A stretch of DNA of 64,000 nt from Malacoraja senta (Eukaryota). This document shows positions 60,741 through 64,000 of the stretch, one piece after another. Both the position numbers and the translations under genes were made by a program. Location: NCBI GenBank assembly GCA_038087875.1, contig CM075987.1, positions 21,888,001 through 21,952,000 of the forward strand, read 5' to 3'. How positions within the stretch are numbered: position 1 is the first letter of the stretch; the number at the start of each line of letters is the position of its first letter. The notes under the pieces were generated by a model, which saw only the letters and a program-made list of their open reading frames with translations, did no database searches and was not told the DNA's origin.

Positions 60741-62382
60741 CAGTGCCCTCCATAATGTTTGGGACAGACCCATCATTTATTTATTTACCTCTGTAATCCA
60801 CAATTTGAGATTTGTAATAGAAAAAATCACATGCGGTTAAAGTGCACATTGTCAGATTTTAAAAAGGCCATTTTTATACATTTTGGTTTCACCATGTAGA
60901 AATTACAGCAGTGTTTATACATAGTCCCCCCCCCCATTACAGGGCACCATAATGTTTGGGACACAGCAATGTCATGTAAATGAAAGTAGTCATGTTTAGT
61001 ATTTTGTTGCATATCCTTTGCATGCAATGACTGCTTGAAGTCTGCAATTCATGGACATCACCAATTGCTGGGTGTCTTCTCTGGTGATGCTCTGCCAGGC
61101 CTGTATTGTAGCCATCTTTAGCTTATGCTAGTTTTGGGGGCTAGTCCCCTTCAGTTTTCTCTTCAGCATATAAAAGGCATGCTCAATTGGGTTCAGATCG
61201 GGTGATTGACTTGGCCACTCAAGAATTTACCTTTTTTTAGCTTTGAAAAACTCCTTTGTTGCTTTAGCGGTATGTTTGGGATCATTGTCTTGTTGTAGAA
61301 TGAATCGCTGGCCAATGAGGCAGTTGTTTGAACTTGAGCAGATAGGATGTGTCTATTCAGATTCATTATGCTACTACCATCAGCAGGTGTATCATCAATG
61401 AAGATAAGTGAGCCAGTACCTTCAGCAGCCATACATGCCCAGGCCATAACACCCCCACCACTGTGTTTCACAGATGAGGTGGTATGCTTTGGATCTTGGG
61501 CATTCTCTCAGAGTTCCTTCTCGCCTTCATACTTTGCTCTTGCCATCACTCTGATATAACTTAATCTTTGTCTCATCTGTCCACAAGACCTTTTTCCAGT
61601 ACTATGGTTGCTCTTTTAAGTACTTCTTGGCAAACTGTAACCTGGCCATCCTATTTTTGCGGCTAACCAGTGGTTTGCATCTTGCAGTGTAGCCTCTGTA
61701 TTTCTGTTCATGAAATCTTCTTCGGACAGTGGTCATTGACAAATCCACACCTGATTCCTGAAGAGTGTTTCTGATCTATCGGACAGGTGCTTGCGGGTTT
61801 TTCTTTATCATAGAGAGAATTCTGTCATCAGCTGTGGCGGTCTTCCTTGGCCTCCCAGTCGCTTTGCGATTAGTAAGCTCACCAGTGCTCTCTTTCTTCT
61901 CAATGATGTTCCAAACAGTTGATTTTTGTAAGCCTATGGTTTGGCTGATGTCTCTAACAGTTATATTCTTGTTTCTCAGTCTCATAATGGCTTCGTTGAC
62001 TTTCTTTGGCACAGCTTTGGTCCTCATATTGATAAACAGCAATACAAGTTTCCAAAGGTGATGTAAAGACTGGAGGAAAGACTAGGTGCTGGGAGGTCTC
62101 TTATACCTGCATTAAGGAGGCAATTAAACACACCTGAGCAATTACAAACACCTGGGAAGCCATGTGTCCCAAACATTATGGTGCCCTGAAATGGGCAGGA
62201 CTATTGCTGTACACAGCCGTAATTTCTACATGGTGAAACCAAAATGTATAAAAATACCCTTTAATAAAATCTGACAATGTGCACTTTAACCATTTCTTTT
62301 TTATTACAAATCTCAAATTGCGGAGCACAGAGGCAAATAAATAAATAATGGGTCTTTGTGCCAAACAATATGGAGGGCACTG
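60741..62382 (-). mobile_element. Tc1/mariner DNA transposon, IR/DR (Sleeping Beauty-like) structure, full length, degenerate
   Basis: TA at 60739-60740 and 62383-62384; CAGTGCCCTCC...GGAGGGCACTG ends. About 220-bp inverted repeats, each with two CCATAATGTTTGGGACA-type direct repeats (60750-60766, 60947-60963, 62165-62181, 62357-62373). Confidence 0.95.
60996..62027 (-). pseudogene. Disrupted DD34E Tc1 transposase
   Basis: MRTKAVPKKV..GRPRKT N-terminus; VLWTDETK; KHSGGGVMAWACM; QQDNDPKH..WPSQSPDLNPIE (34 residues between D and E, one a stop); KGYATKY* end. Contains stops and frameshifts. Confidence 0.93.
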
Positions 62383-64000
62383 TAGGATGTTATTCTTGAG
62401 TAATCATATATTCTAGGGAAGAAAATATGTTTCTTTAATGGAGACCCCAAAGATCACAAGACTGGGAATATGCTCCCTTCCAATTTTATTGTAACATCAC
62501 ATGAGATATGGGAACATTGAAACAGTTCTTAACCAGAGATGCCTAGATGTGGGGGTAATTACATTACCTTGTCTACCAGTGAGCCATTTGAACCAGAAAA
62601 TGTGGTGGTGATCATTGGATATCAGTGTAGTAACAAATACACTAAAATGGGCCTTTGTGCTCCTGGGTTAAAGATGTAAAACTTTATCCAGTGTTCCCTG
62701 TCCAATCAAATTCCCATCGCTACTATTAAATCATAGAATGATACCGTGCAAAGGGATCTATTATTGACAAAACTATCATTGTTGCACAAAAAGAGCACTG
62801 TGTGTGAAACTGAAAGCACTTTTAAATAAATCATTCACCTGAATGAAATGAAAAATGAAGAAAATATGAAAAAAATAGAAAAAGATATCACCAGAATCTG
62901 CAGATCAATACTTTTTTTAAGGAAATAATTTGATCGTTCTTGTGAATAATATCCTACTTGATATTATTTCTTGACCTGTGCCAACCAATTACCCTCCAGA
63001 TCCCGTGCGGGTCTGTTGCCCTAAACAATGTCACTGAGGAACAAACAATGGATTGTAGACTTTGGAAGACATGGATAGAGGATATTACAAAACGTCACCT
63101 ATCGTTGACTTCTCGAGATGCTACCTGACCCACTGAGTTACTCCAGCATTTTGTGTCTTTTTGTAAACAGCCATCTGCAGTTCCTTGTGTTTGGATCGTA
63201 GGCTTTACTTGTTTCGGTATTTTACAGGATAAACGTGTTTTCCAACAGGAAATGAATGTTCCATAATAAACGCAGCCTGTGTTTGATGTTATAAACGGCC
63301 TTCTCATTTTTTTTAAATTGCCTTGCCAAAGTGTAACTAGGTACTTGGTAATTATTCCAAAAGGCAGAAATGGATTGTAAAGAGTGATTTTGCTTGTGTC
63401 AAATAGAATTGTAGCAAATCTCTCAGATGCAGTAACACAAATATATGGGGGGAAAAAACATAATTATTACCCATCTAGTCTATTGACATCTATATCTTAT
63501 GATCAATAGATGATGCTAATGCTAATTAGTACTTTATAATTTCAGTTGCTGTGTTGAAGAAATTTGGAACAATTCTATCTGCTGCAAGCAGCATAATTCC
63601 CTAGAATCCCATTTCTGTCTTTTGGAAGAATTAACTGTCCACCACCGCTCTCAAAACAAAAAAATACTTGCTGTAGGGAAATGTGAATTTCTTTGTGGAA
63701 GTTGGGATTAATGTTTTAATTTTGCATTTTGTTGGAACTTCCCATGTGAAGCCCAGTCTGGGCTCCTTGTAAACTAGTCTGGAGATAATCTGCTGACTCC
63801 TGGAAAACTGAATGAATCTAACCAATATTCCTTATTTCCCATCAAAGTTCAATATTGTCTGATAATATAAAATGCTTTGATATCTTTTCCAGAATTATAT
63901 CTTGGTTACTGAAGGCTTAAGGCTCAGCTAAGCAAATCCATAGTTTTTTTTAAAGACTCAATTTGTGGGACTCTTTGGTTTTCCTGTGCTGCGCTATAAT

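Noticed and set aside
429..63825. Most ORFs in the six-frame track as stand-alone genes
   Set aside because: The window is intron-rich eukaryotic DNA. These ORFs are repeat-derived (LKKGLDPKRH.., HSFSPEML..), low-complexity or chance, and only the MIGA2 exon parts are supported.

Overview
Eukaryotic (vertebrate) genomic DNA with no prokaryotic features. The repeat landscape (HE1/V-SINE-type SINEs, CR1/HER1-type LINE 3' ends, Penelope remnants) points to a cartilaginous fish, probably a skate or ray; this is inference. One complete protein-coding gene can be rebuilt by hand: MIGA2 (mitoguardin 2/FAM73B) on the + strand. It has 15 coding exons from ATG 35560 to TGA 60555, all GT-AG with consistent phases (1761 nt, 586 aa). 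A CpG-rich, probably bidirectional promoter lies at about 22.9-23.2 kb, with putative 5'UTR exons. The rest is mostly mobile DNA: an IR/DR DD34E Tc1 element 185 bp after the MIGA2 stop, a Helitron-like element, a TAG...CTA DNA element with a 7-bp TSD nested in a SINE, a Vingi/Ingi-like LINE tail, and many CR1 and SINE fragments. The most interesting signals are RNA structures. (i) A 140-bp TSD-flanked non-autonomous element begins with a 54-nt minimal HDV-like ribozyme fold (6730-6783). (ii) A dense family of short, often palindromic, TSD-flanked Penelope-derived elements carries minimal hammerhead ribozyme cores (CUGAAGA...GAAACGUC). Repeat boundaries are approximate unless a TSD or TIR is given. 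Nothing was checked against databases, and ribozyme activity is untested.
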